A stretch of 64,000 nucleotides of DNA from Eledone cirrhosa. Its lineage: Eukaryota. Where the stretch lies: assembly GCA_964016885.1 (NCBI GenBank), contig OZ024740.1, positions 29,202,001-29,266,000 of the forward strand, read 5' to 3'. Below are positions 42,710 through 55,797 of the stretch, one piece after another. The stretch's first letter is position 1; each line of letters starts with the position of its first letter. Made by a program: the position numbers and the translations under genes. The notes beneath the pieces are model-generated. The model ran no database searches, was not told the origin of the DNA, and saw only the letters and a program-made list of their open reading frames with translations.

Positions 42710-43335
42710 AGGGGGGGTTATATAGCAGGGTGGTTATATAGCAGGGAGGGGGTATATAGCAAGGGAGGGGTGATATGTGGCAGGGGATGGGTCGTATATA
42801 GCAGGGGAGGGGTGGGGTGGTATATAGCAGGGGAGTAGATGGGGGTGGTATATAGCAAGAGAGGAGGTGGGGGTGGTATATAGCAGGGGAGGAGGTAGTA
42901 TATAGCAGGGGAGGAGGTGGTATATAGCAGGGGAGTAGGTGGGGGTGGTATATAGCAGGGGAGGGGTGGTATATAGCAGGGGAGGAGGTGGTATATAGCA
43001 GGGAGGGGGTGCGGGTTATATAGCAGGGAGGGGTGCGGGCTATATAGCAGGGAGGGGTGGGTGTTATATACCAGGGGAGGGGTGTATCAAAAAGGGGGAG
43101 GGGGTATTATATAGCAGGGGTGGGTGGGGGTTATATAGCACCGAGGGGGTATATAGAACGTAGGGGGTGGGGTATATATCAGAGAGAGGAGTTATATAGC
43201 ACGGTGGGGGGGCTAATATACCAGAGATGGGGGGTATATAGCAGGGAGAGGGGGTATATAGAACGGAGGGGTGGGGCACATAGCAGTGTGGGATATATAT
43301 AGCAGGGGAGGGGTGGTATATAGCAGGGAGAGGGA
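42710..43335. repeat. G-rich minisatellite (TATATAGCAGGGGAGGAGGTGG-like, ~20-30 bp)
   Basis: Constant tatatagcaggg anchor with variable G-run spacers. Confidence 0.9.
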
Positions 43336-43517
43336 GGTGAAATTGGTAATTGATCTATTATGGCGTCTATTCTAATTCTGGCAATAGATTTATATTTGTG
43401 GGTCGCTGGTCCTTCATACAGCCTGATGAAGCTGGTCATCATTGCAATATATCTATCTATATATATATGTATATATATATAGATATATATATATATACGT
43501 ATAAATATATATAAACG

Positions 43518-43549
<32 letters not shown>

Positions 43550-43599
43550 GATCCACGTATATATATATGTATACATATATATAGTATATATAAATATTC

Positions 43600-43700
43600 A
43601 TGTATATGTATGTGTCTATGTATGTATACCCAGACGACACACACACATATATATATATATATTCATATTAATTTATAAATCATATAAATAAACATATATA

Positions 43701-43752
<52 letters not shown>

Positions 43753-43997
43753 AATAAACATACTTATACGTAAAATTTTGTTATTTATTGTGAAAGTAAA
43801 TGTGTGGCGCTGGCGTATATAATTTATTTCACAGTTATATACATACATACACACACACACTCACATATACATATATATATATAAATGCACCCACATACAT
43901 ATATATCCACGTATATAAATGTATGCCTGTGTGTCTATGTGCCTGTGTGAGCGGATGCATGCATATATATATACATACATATATATTTATATATATA

Positions 43998-44045
<48 letters not shown>

Positions 44046-44050
44046 TATAT

Positions 44051-44096
<46 letters not shown>

Positions 44097-44526
44097 GTGT
44101 GTATATGTTAGTGTGTGTGTGTGTGTGTGTGTGTAGATGTCTACGCATATATACATATATATGTATATATATATGTATACCTATATACACATATGGGAGG
44201 GTGAATATCTGATAGTGTGTGTGTGTGTTTGTGTGTATGCATTTATATATATATATATATATGTATAAGTGAGTGTGTGTGTGTATGTATGTATATAACT
44301 GTGAAATAAGTTATATACACCAGCGCCACACATTTACTTTCACAATAAATAATAAATGTTTACGTATAAGTATGTTTATTTATATATATATATAATATAT
44401 ATATATATATATAATATTTATATATGTTTATTTATATGATTTATAAATTAATATGAATATATATATATATATATATATATATGTGGGGGGGGGGGAGTAT
44501 ACATACCTATACACATACATATACAT
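43600..44526. repeat. Fold-back: ~290-bp inverted arms around a (TA)n-rich spacer
   Basis: ttattgtgaaagtaaatgtgtggcgctgg (~43786-43813) is inverted as ccagcgccacacatttactttcacaataa (~44320-44348). Arms are ~43600-43889 and ~44238-44526. Confidence 0.9.
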
Positions 44527-44590
44527 GGTTATATATATAATTTATATGTAATACATATGAATTTACAATTAATATAAAGACAATGACACC

Positions 44591-44625
<35 letters not shown>

Positions 44626-44649
44626 GTATGTCTATGTTTGATGTGAATA

Positions 44650-44685
44650 TATATATATATGTATTTCTCTCTCTCTCTATCTATT

Positions 44686-44720
<35 letters not shown>

Positions 44721-44726
44721 GGGGGG

Positions 44727-44775
<49 letters not shown>

Positions 44776-44908
44776 ACATTCATATATATATTCCCTCATA
44801 TATATTCCTGTCCCTGAACCTTTAGTTTCTTAATGGTTGAAAAATGGCTGAAAAATGTGCATATATAATATACGTACATACGTAAATAGCTATACACACA
44901 CACATATG

Positions 44909-44979
<71 letters not shown>

Positions 44980-45013
44980 TATATATAATATATATATATA
45001 GATATATAGATAG

Positions 45014-45045
<32 letters not shown>

Positions 45046-45412
45046 ATATAGATATATAGATATATATATACATATATAAAAACATATATATCTATATATA
45101 TACCTACATATTCATATATAATGTTTCTGTGTGTCTATATTATATATTTATATTATATATCATAACTTCCCACAACCTCTCTCACTCTCGCTATATATAT
45201 ATACGTGTGTGTTTGTGTGTTTGTGTGTATGTGTGTGTGAATGTGTGTGTGTGTGTGTGTGTGTCTGTTTGTGTGTGTGTGTATGTGTGTGTGTGTGTGT
45301 ATGTGTGTTTGTGTGCGTGGGTGTTTGTGTGTCTGTGTTTGTGTGCGTGGGTGTTGGTGTGTGTGTGTCTGGGTTTGTTAGTGTGTGTGTTTGTCTGTGT
45401 TTGTGTACGCGC

Positions 45413-45451
<39 letters not shown>

Positions 45452-45783
45452 TGTATCTCGAAGATATATAACACAAAACTAACAGTTGATAATAATATGA
45501 ATACTGAAGAGTATGTGTGTGGTAGGAGGTAATAAAAGGAAGGGGTGAAGTACGGTATATTCCCACGATATATCTATAATGTTTATATAAGCAGAGGAAG
45601 TAAGAGAAGAGAGTGCCACTATAAAGGGAGGTAAATAGCTCGACTGAAGAAAATACTCAGCCAACCAGTAATTTGATTCTTACATAAATATTCATGCTTA
45701 ATTTGTTTGCCTTTGATCTAGATGATTTGTATGGTAGACAATGGATAGAAAGTAACGAGAATTGCACACACACACATACACAA

Positions 45784-45862
<79 letters not shown>

Positions 45863-45995
45863 TGTGTGTGTGTATATATATATATATGTATATATATATA
45901 CACACGTTCAGGGACAGGAATATATGAGTGAATATATATATGAATATATCTCTCTCTGTCTCTCTCTCTCTCTATATATATATAGAGAGAGAGAA

Positions 45996-46010
<15 letters not shown>
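44650..46010. repeat. Inverted repeat pair around a ~1.1-kb spacer
   Basis: atatattcctgtccctgaac (44800-44819) is the exact reverse complement of gttcagggacaggaatatat (45906-45925). The microsatellite order outside is mirrored too. Confidence 0.8.
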
Positions 46011-46039
<29 letters not shown>

Positions 46040-46233
46040 GATTGTGTGCGTGTGTATGAGTTTGTATGTGTGTTTGTATATATATATAGGAGGGTATATG
46101 AATATATATAAATTTTAGCTATATATATATATAAATGTTTATATATGTATAGAGATTGGGGGAGCGAAACAGAGAGAAATAGAAAGAGAGAGAGAAAGAA
46201 TGAGCATGTAGATAGATAGATATGTTTCTTTAT

Positions 46234-49200
46234 GTCCTGGGTATGACATTAAACTACATCCAGTGGCAATGCTCCAGTTCGGGAGTTCAGGAGATGTGGG
46301 GAATGTGGAGTTACCCCTTAGTTGTCATGACTCCCAGGTCTGCCCTGGCCCGGGGTGGTAGTACCTGTTAGGGCTCCATTTATGGGTTAAATAACTACCT
46401 TATTCGAGTGGCGCCGGTAAGGTATTGTCAGCCATTGAAAAGAAATATGGAGAGTCGATCTAACAGCACTAGGGTTAGAGCCCCTAATTACACTGTCAAG
46501 GAGCAGCCTGGTCGTTATGACTCTGCTGGCTTAGAGCCACAGAGAGGGCCAGTGGATGACGGATCAGCTGTCTCTGAGACAAATATGAAGAATGCAGTTT
46601 TGTCCTGCAGAAGAGCTATCAAAATGGGCACTTTGAATATGAGGACTATTCGGACGCTGGAGAAGAGAGAGGAGTTGGGACATCTGTTCGAGGAGAGTGG
46701 TATACAGATAATTGCGATCCAAGAACACAGGATTCTACACGATGAGCCCGTGAGGAGTGTGATGATTGGGAGGAAGAGCCAGCTCATCACTACATCGGCA
46801 GTGAAGAACACAACAAATGCTGCACTAGGAGGAGTGGGTTTTGTGTTCAGTGCAAAAACCAATCTGTTGGTGAGGGAAATAATGCCTATCTCCCCGCGAG
46901 TGTTGAGGGTGACCTTCAATGGAAACCCAAGACTGACAGTCATCTCAGCCTATAGTCCAACCGAGGGGGACAGTGATGTGAATGCGGAAGAGTTCCATGA
47001 GGAGGTGTGTAGAGCTGTCAACACCACTCAGGCACACAATATCCTGCTTGTTTTGGGGGACTTCAATGCACATCTGAGTAAGGAGGGCAGTGAAGATCCT
47101 TGGTAGTATTTCCATAACAACACCAACCGAAATGGAAGACTACTGAGAGACACCCTGCTGGAGGCGAACTTGATGGCGACCAACCTAAGGTTTAGGAAGA
47201 ATCTGGGAAAGATGTGGACCTACATCTCAGATATGCACCTGTCCAAGTCCCAGATTGATTTCATTCTGGTGAGGAAAAAGTGGCGGAATAGTGTTCTGAA
47301 CACGGAACCATACAGCTATTTCAGTACACTGGGTAGTGACCACCGGCTTGTTATGAGTGAGGTCCGCGTGAGCTTAAGAAAGAGCAAGGCTCAGCCCCGG
47401 AGAACAATCTATGACTGGGGAGCTTTCAAGGAAGATGATAAGCTACAGGAGAGGTTCACAGTGGAAGTGAGAAACACGTTTAGTGCTCTGTGTGGAGATT
47501 CAGAGGAGAGAGAGATTGGATGGACTGAGGAGAGTGTGACGAGGAGGTATGGGCACTTCACCAATGCAGTGGCGGAAGCAAGTGAAACCCTGGTGCCGAG
47601 GAAAAAGAACAAAGAGAAGCATGTCAGCTCTGCAAACCCAAAAGTGTGTGCAGCCAGAGAACACCTGAAAGCTGCCAGGGACCAATTCTATGCTGATCCT
47701 ACGGAGGAGAGGATGGAGACTGTGGAGGGGATGAGGGAAGAGCTCTGTACCGCTTACACTGAGGTCAGAGAGGAGGCACTGATAGAGAAGATCAGAAGTG
47801 TGGAGAGAGCGGTTGACAGATCTGGATGTAAGGAGAGCTGGATGATAATCAACGAGATCACAGGGAGGAAGAGAAGGTGTTCGAGTCAGATCCAGGGAAC
47901 GGGGCCCGAGGATAGGAAGAGGAAATGGCTAGACCATTTTAGGACCCTACTAGGAGAGCCACCCTCCACAGCCCAGAGCACTGGGGAGATCAGGCGGCTG
48001 TTTGAGGAACTGGATGTTGAGACAGAGCCCTTCACCAGAGAGGAGCTTCAGAGAGCCAAGAAGAGGATCAAGGAGGGAAAGGCTCATGGAGAAGATGGAG
48101 TGGCATCAGAGGTGATGAAGAGGTGTGATTTTGATGATATCATCCTGGGGTTCTGTAACGGGGCACTGGAGAAAGGAGTTGCCCCGAATCAGTGGAGGAT
48201 CAGTAACATCGTCCCAGTGCCAAAAAAGGGAGATCTCTCTAACACCAACAACTACCGGGGGATCTCACTGACGTTACTTGTGGCAAAGACCCTCAATAGG
48301 ATGATTCTTAACAGGATCCAGCCTGAGATGGAGAAGAAGCTCAGGGACAACCAGAACGGCTTCAGAGAGGGTAGATCAACCACCAGTCACATCCTGATGC
48401 TGAGGAGGATATTAGAGGGAGTTAGAGCAAAGTGCCTTCCTGCGGTCATGGTTTTCATTGACTTTAGGAAGGCCTTTGATTCTGTGAACCGTTATTGCCT
48501 GATGAAGAGCTTACAGGCTTATGGAATCCCCAAGAGGATAGTGGACCTGATATCACTGCTTTACACCAACACCAAAGCCCAAGTCATTACACCTGATGGG
48601 ATGACAGAGTTCTTTGAGATACTGGCTGGAGTGCTCCAGGGAGATACATTGGCTCCCTACCTTTTTATCATCGTAGTGGACTATTGTATGCTGAATTTGC
48701 CGACGACATAGTTTTGGTGACAAATACAGTGAAGGAGGCAGAGGATTTGATGCGGGAGGTTGAGACTGTGTCGATGAGTGTGGGGCTGAGAATGAATGAG
48801 ACTAAAACAAAATATCTCGTAGAGAATGTTGAGAAGCCAGACGGGATCACTAATGTAGGCGGGAAGCCGCTGGAATTGGTTGAAGACTTCCTGTATTTGG
48901 GAGCAAATATTGGGAATACGGAGGATGATGTGGTTGAGAGGAAGAGCAAGGCCTGGGCGGCGTGCCACAGCTTGAGATCGGTGTGGAAGTCGGACCTTCG
49001 TAGAGACCTGAAAATCCGCCTCTTCATTGCTGTAGTGGAGTCTGTGCTGCTGTATGGGTCTGAGACTTGGACACTGACCAAGAAACTCACTCAGATGGTG
49101 GATGGGTGCTACACGAGAATGCTGAGGATGGCTCTGAACATTAATCAGTATACACTGAGGATGAAAAACTCAGAGCTGTATGGGAGCATCCCAAAAGTCA

Positions 49201-49456
49201 GCTCAAAAGTGACACAGAGGAGACTGAGGTTAGCTGGACATGCTCACCGACATCCAGAGTTGACATTGCACTCAGTACTCCTTTGGGAGCCCCTACATGG
49301 ACACACTAGAAGTGGAAGACCAAGGTTAACGTATGTTGATGCCCTAAGGACAGACACTGGTCTGTTGGAGACGCAGGACATGGCCGCGATAATGAGGGAC
49401 AGAGACCGCTGGAGAGAAGTCGTCCATGGATCTCGGAAATTTTACCCGCCTTAGAG
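46234..49456 (+). mobile_element. RTE-clade LINE, near full length, with 12-bp target-site duplication
   Basis: Single APE-RT ORF. ATGTTTCTTTAT at 46222-46233 and again at 49457-49468. Confidence 0.95.
46447..49454 (+). pseudogene. RTE APE endonuclease-reverse transcriptase ORF (one in-frame TAG, one frameshifting deletion)
   Basis: GTLNMRT, IAIQEHR, LGDFNA, SDHRLV; NYRGISL, FIDFRKAFDSV, GVLQGDTLAPYLF, EFADDI, LRLAGH, GRPRLTY, DRDRWR. TAG at 47104-47106 and frameshift near 48690. Confidence 0.93.
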
Positions 49457-52400
49457 ATGTTTCTTTATTAGCCACAGGGGCACAAAAGAAGGGGACAAAT
49501 ACAAAGGGGGATGTTTACATACAATAAAAACGTGTAAAATATTATCACAAATGCAATTTAAAAATTAGTCTATTTTCCCCAATAGGGGGAGACATTACAT
49601 ATGGGTAACACATACCCCCGAAAAAATGTGCAACCCTCATCTCCAGGAGTACGAAGAGTTTGTACTCTTTTCCTCTCCTCCTCTTTTTCCTCAACCTACA
49701 GGCTGATATAGAGAGAAGGCCCATTCACTCGGGCCATTCTCGCCACTTTCACGCACTTTTCATAAAACTTGCTGGGGTACAGCACCTCTCTCTCCATCCT
49801 GATTCTTCTTCCAAAGTGGTATTTGAAAAAAAGAATCAGTTGTTGGCCGGAGAGAAAGGTGTCTGACCTCAGCCCTTTCAACCTTGTCCACCATACAACC
49901 TCTTTCGCCATAGCTATCACACAAAGGAAAACCGCCTCTCCTTCGTTTTTAAAGGAAGGTGGCGGTTTGATCATGACAATGGACTCGGTGGTCAACCCTA
50001 TCTAGGTACGATCTAGATGTTCCGCTGGGATTAGTCCACGTCCACAGTGGCACAGTCGGAAAATCTAGTCGATATCAATCGACCGGGTCAAATCGGCCGA
50101 TTAACTGTTTGAGGCTGTTACACCCCCTCTATCGGGACAGGCTCCCACATAGTCCCAACGTGCATCTAGTATTCAATTCCAGTCCCCCACTAACAGCAGG
50201 GAGCGGGACGTTCCCAGAAAAGTCTCTAGACGTTTGAAGATGTCTGGCCGCGATGCTCCGGATGGGGCATATTTGGCCACCAGCCTGAAGGCTCGACCTT
50301 CACTACCGTCAACGTCTAGGACCACCAGTCGACCCTCCGGGTCCAGATGTACCGTCTGTGTTACGAGGTTCAGGTGTTTCCGCAGCAAAACGGCAACCCC
50401 ACCCCCACCTCCCGGCTGACAGAGAGATGCGTAGATCTCAAAGTCGTCGAAGATAGGGGCCAGTTGTCGCTCGCTGTGGATCCTGGACTCGCAAATGGCT
50501 ACTACATCCATGCTGTGCGACCTGATGTCGTTTAAGAGTTTGCCCTGTTTCCAGGGCATCCCCAGGCCGCGTACATTCACACATCCAACTCTTATATTGA
50601 CCATGTTGGTGCTGAAAAGTTAACAGAAGAGGAAAATATATCACTCATCTCCTGGGGACCAGGCTGCACAAATTCCATGGGGGTGTTGGAGGGGTTGTTT
50701 GGTGGGGTGGTGGTCTCTGGAGGGGTGGGGACAGAGATGTTTGGTGGGGAGGAGGTGCCTGGTGAGATGGGGGTGGGGAAACATTTTAATAGGACTCGAT
50801 TGTAGGGTGTGACGCAGAGGTTACCTACGTCGTTAGGAAATTTTTCTTTTAACTGTTTATGTGTGTCCATGGAGGTCCTAAACATTTTAAGACTAGGATT
50901 CTCCGAAGAATGTGTAAAAGTTTTCCCTTCGGTCTCCACCGAAGGGTTTTTATATACGGTGTCTGTTAAAGTTTTATTGTTAGTATTTATGTAGGTGTAA
51001 CATTTTTGTTGTGTTGTGTTGCTTTTTGTCTGTGGTTCTAGTGTGTGTTTACGTTTTGTAGTAGGTGTTTTGTTTTCAGGAGGGGGTGTTTTTGTTTGTG
51101 CTGTTTGCGTCGCTTGTGTTGGTGTTTGTGTGTTGGTTGCATTTTTGTTTGTGTTATGTCTTTTCTTTTTTTCTTTTTACTGGGCGGAAAAGCTCTCCCT
51201 CATCGTCACTGGGTGGCGATGATGAGGCATCATCCGTGTTGTTGGGGAGGGGTACGTTTTGGGGAGCTGTTATGTGTGTGGCTGTTTCTGGAGTTGTTTT
51301 AGATGGGGAGGGGTTGGGTGGGACTGTGTTTGTGGTTTGTTTTGTTGTCACTATTTTTTTTATGTTGTTGTTGTTGTTGTTGTTGTTGTGGTGGTGGTGG
51401 TGGTGGTGGTGATTGTTGTACTGGTGTTGCAGGTGTTGGCAGTAGTGCCTTTTTTTTAGCTAGTTAGCCAAGGACAAGAAGCTCCCAGGTGATCCCTGCT
51501 TGAGCAGTGGTAACATGAGGGCCGCCTACCCTCGACCGAAATGTTTATGTATATAAGCCCATGCAGCAACAGACGTTCCGGGATACTAGCTATTCGTTCT
51601 GGTGTCATTTGGACCAGAACTTCCAGGCTAGTTCCGCTGAACAGGTCGCCGGAGGTCTTACCTACCGATATTATATAGTCTGTTTCGTGGTTTAAAAATC
51701 CACATAGTACCCACCAAATGTCAATATTTGGTGTGATACTTTGGATTTTTATTTTCTGTGTCCTTTTCCCCATGTAAATGGGGAAAAAGGTGAACAGCGG
51801 TGACACAATTGGCGACACAGAATATTTATGTGCCGTCAATTGGTCTTTCATTAGAATAGATAAACTCCCGTAGAGTCTACACTTCTGAATAAAAGCAATG
51901 TCTTAAGGCATTTTTTAAGACCAATTCAATTTCGCCTTGTGAATGTTGAGTCGGTTTTCGTGTTTTATTAGAGATTGTCCTGAAAATCACAGTTTTCAAG
52001 GCAGCTTATCTTCGCAAATCTGGGGGAGAGTTTATGGAGATTGATCCGTTTTCCCCAAAAGTTACATATTGTCTGGCGTTATTGAAAAGTTCATTTGCAT
52101 TTGAAATATCTACCGGAGTGTAGCTTACCGTTTTCTTTACGGTTTGCGCAAATAAAAATGTTGTCGTTTACTTCCTTGTTGCAGTTATTGGTCTTGTTGT
52201 TGTTATTATTGTTCTTATTGTTGATGTTGTTTTCGTTTTTTCCGTTGTTGGTGTTGTTGTTGTTGTTGGTGGTTGTTGTCTTGTTGTCGTTGTTGTTTCA
52301 ACGAGGCGGTGCGAGCTCCTTCTAGGCTTGACAGTTTTACCGTCCCTCTACCACCTCTGTCTAATTGTTGGCTGACTGATTTGATGTTGTTGTTGTTTTT

Positions 52401-52754
52401 GTTGCTGTTGTTGTTACTGTTGTTGTTGTTGGTGATAGCAGCAGGCAGGCAGCCTTCACCTGCTACTAGTGCTGTGGAAGGTGATATTAACAGCCCATCT
52501 CCACAATTCTCTGATGTATTTTTTGTGAAGATGAGGTCAAAGAATTTGGCCATTTTGGCTATATTCAAAATTCCGGTAGAAATTTTGTGGAATTTCTCCG
52601 TTTTTCGCCCTGATGGGCTTATTATTTGGGGTTGCTACCACCTACAAAGTGTAGGGTGGCAGCTTATCTACAAAATGGTGTAAGAATGTAGATTCAGTTC
52701 ATGCAATTTCCAATGAAATTAAAACATTTACTCACCATCGCGTTTTCCACGTGT
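49457..52754 (-). mobile_element. Tx1-group LINE with both ends but RT deleted (copy C)
   Basis: ORF1 with CYHCSSRDHLGASC, ORF2 start MVNIRVGCVNVRGL and APE, joined at ~49995 directly to the ORF2 C-terminus. GATA at 52755-52774 and, beyond the RTE insert, at 46209-46222. Confidence 0.93.
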
Positions 52755-52828
52755 TAGATAGATAGATAGATAGACACAAATGGTCAGTGAAATAGAAGTG
52801 TGATGCTTGGATGTCTAGCTAGATATAG

Positions 52829-53660
<832 letters not shown>

Positions 53661-53682
53661 TGTATGAAGTAGAACAGACTAG

Positions 53683-53860
53683 AAGTTTGGAGAGCTAAGA
53701 ATAATTACAGATGAGCTGGACAAAACAGGAAAAATTACCGCTTACGAAGCCCAGATTAGAAGAACTCTAGAATACGTCTGTCTATATTAGAGGAATGTCT
53801 CACAAATCATATTCTACCATATCTTTACTGTCCAATAGAAAGCTATATAGATCAGTGCTT
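53683..53860 (+). pseudogene. Old CR1/L2/Jockey-group LINE ORF2 fragment
   Basis: KFGELRIITDELDKTGKITAYEAQIRRTLEYVCLY*...VQ*KAI*I resembles the post-RT Y.AQ.R..LEY...W...Q.KA.R.I region. Confidence 0.55.
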
Positions 53861-54017
53861 TTGATAGAACTGGTACGGCGTTGAAACTTCTCACAAATAG
53901 ATTTAAAGAACACTGCAGACTGTTTGGTGCAGTAACAGTGTTCTACAAAAGACACATTTGGTACTGCTACTTCTTGTATGGTTATCTTTTAAATTTATAT
54001 AACATTTCAACATAAAC

Positions 54018-54123
54018 CTTCTTCTTCTTCTTCTTCTTCTTCTTCTTCTTCTTCTTCTTCTTCTTCTTCTTCTTCTTCTTCTTCTTCTTCTTCTTCTTCT
54101 TCTTCTTCTTCTTCTTCTTCTTC
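54018..54123. repeat. (CTT)n microsatellite, possible tail of a minus-strand RTE-like 3' end (54124-54210)
   Basis: Pure repeat. The adjacent minus strand reads VASDRA*WKEW, like the A.DR..WR end of RTE ORFs. Confidence 0.85.
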
Positions 54124-54800
54124 GTCCACTCCTTCCATCAGGCCCTGTCAGAAGCAACCGGCTGGATCCCCAAGTGAGACCAGCCAACCACATGGATGTT
54201 ATCCAACTCAACTTAAACCTGTTATTTTATGCTTGTTGTTGTTTTCAAGGCTTCCAATGTTGATAGGAAGAATGGTCCAAGTTATCCTCAGACAGGAAAC
54301 CTGAGCCGAAAGCTTGCAACTGCTAGGACTTCGTGAGAGGATAAGGGTTAAAGATACCAACGGAACAGGTGGTGATGCTATGTCAGGAATGAGGGTGGGT
54401 TAAGCCTGCTAGTTAGTTCAATCAACCATACAAAGGTAAGTCTACCACTGGGCTCTTATAAGCTACCAGTAGCTTATAATGTCGAAGTCTCTCTCGAGCC
54501 TAGAAACTCATCAGGTCTTAGATTATACCGGTTTCATGTAGCCTTAAGCAACTAAGATTACATCAGACCATCACAGGTTTAATCGTTTAATCCCGACAGC
54601 TACCAGGTTTTTTTTTTTTTTTGGTTTTTTTTTTCAGGTGATTCGACTGAAATGACGTAGTTTTGGTGATGGTTAAAACTTACCGTCTTGTTCGGAACCC
54701 TAATCCTTCACCCTTGGGATCAGTGTCTTTACATCATAGTTATATTCTGTCAGTCGGGGCCACGGGACGGCCAGCCCGTTAGCCATTATTTGCTTATAAT

Positions 54801-54984
54801 GCAGGTGAATTGGCAGTATTGGTAGAGGGTTGGACGCCATGCTTTCCAGCATAGTTACGTCCCTTTATGATCTGAGTTCAAATCTCGCCGAGGTTAACTT
54901 TGCCTTTTGTCCTTCCGGGGTTGATAAAATAAAGTACCAGTAATGTACTGGGTATTTGCTGGCCTTGTGCCAAAAGTAGAAATA
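54801..54984 (+). mobile_element. tRNA-derived SINE (Nin-domain-like) with 16-bp TSD
   Basis: B-box-like gagttcaaatc and gccttttgtccttccggggttgataaaataaagtaccag. ATTATTTGCTTATAAT is repeated at 54785-54800 and 54985-55000. Confidence 0.85.
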
Positions 54985-55661
54985 ATTATTTGCTTATAAT
55001 AGTGAGAGATGGGGAGAGCGAGAGGGATGGAGGCAATGACAGCGGGAATTTGATTCTATTATGTTCAGACCTTGTTAGGAACCTTTCTTTCTTGTTGAAC
55101 AAGAAAAGCTTTTTAGCTGATTCGGGATTTAGCTAATTTGCATATTGGCACAAAATATTATTTTGACACCAAATAAGGCCTGGAAAATAAACACATTAAA
55201 ATACACTGAAGTAAATGTAAAGATGTGATTAATAGTTAGAACAACATAACGCACAGTTCAGACAGAATATATTAGTTTCAATCTTGTATGGGTAGGTAGC
55301 TGTGTAATATGTATATATAGAAAAGCTTTTGTATTTATATTTATATATTTATGTCTGTGTGTGTATATATTTATATAGTGTGTCGGGTCTGTCCTAAAAG
55401 CGCTCATATATTCACCTAGCTTATGCTAAACAGAATAATTTTTGAAGCTTGTTTCTTTCCCCTGGTTAGCCTTACTCTTTGTTGTTCTCCTGTCTCACTC
55501 GCTTTACGCGTTTTAATTGTCCTAATAACTTATTTTGGTTATTATTGCACCGACGTGAGGTATATGATTTTTAATGCAATGAAATATCTATGATCGTCGG
55601 TAAATCACTGATGAGGGACTCATTTTATTACATGTTATCCATGTGCTACCTGCAGTATTTT

Positions 55662-55782
<121 letters not shown>

Positions 55783-55797
55783 TAGATAGATAGATAA

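Noticed and set aside
43415-43445. Hammerhead start (gcCTGATGAagctgg)
   Set aside because: No matching stem II strand or GAAA box downstream; the sequence runs into (TA)n.
54801-54890. tRNA gene
   Set aside because: Only box-like remnants, followed by a SINE body and bracketed by a TSD; no cloverleaf.
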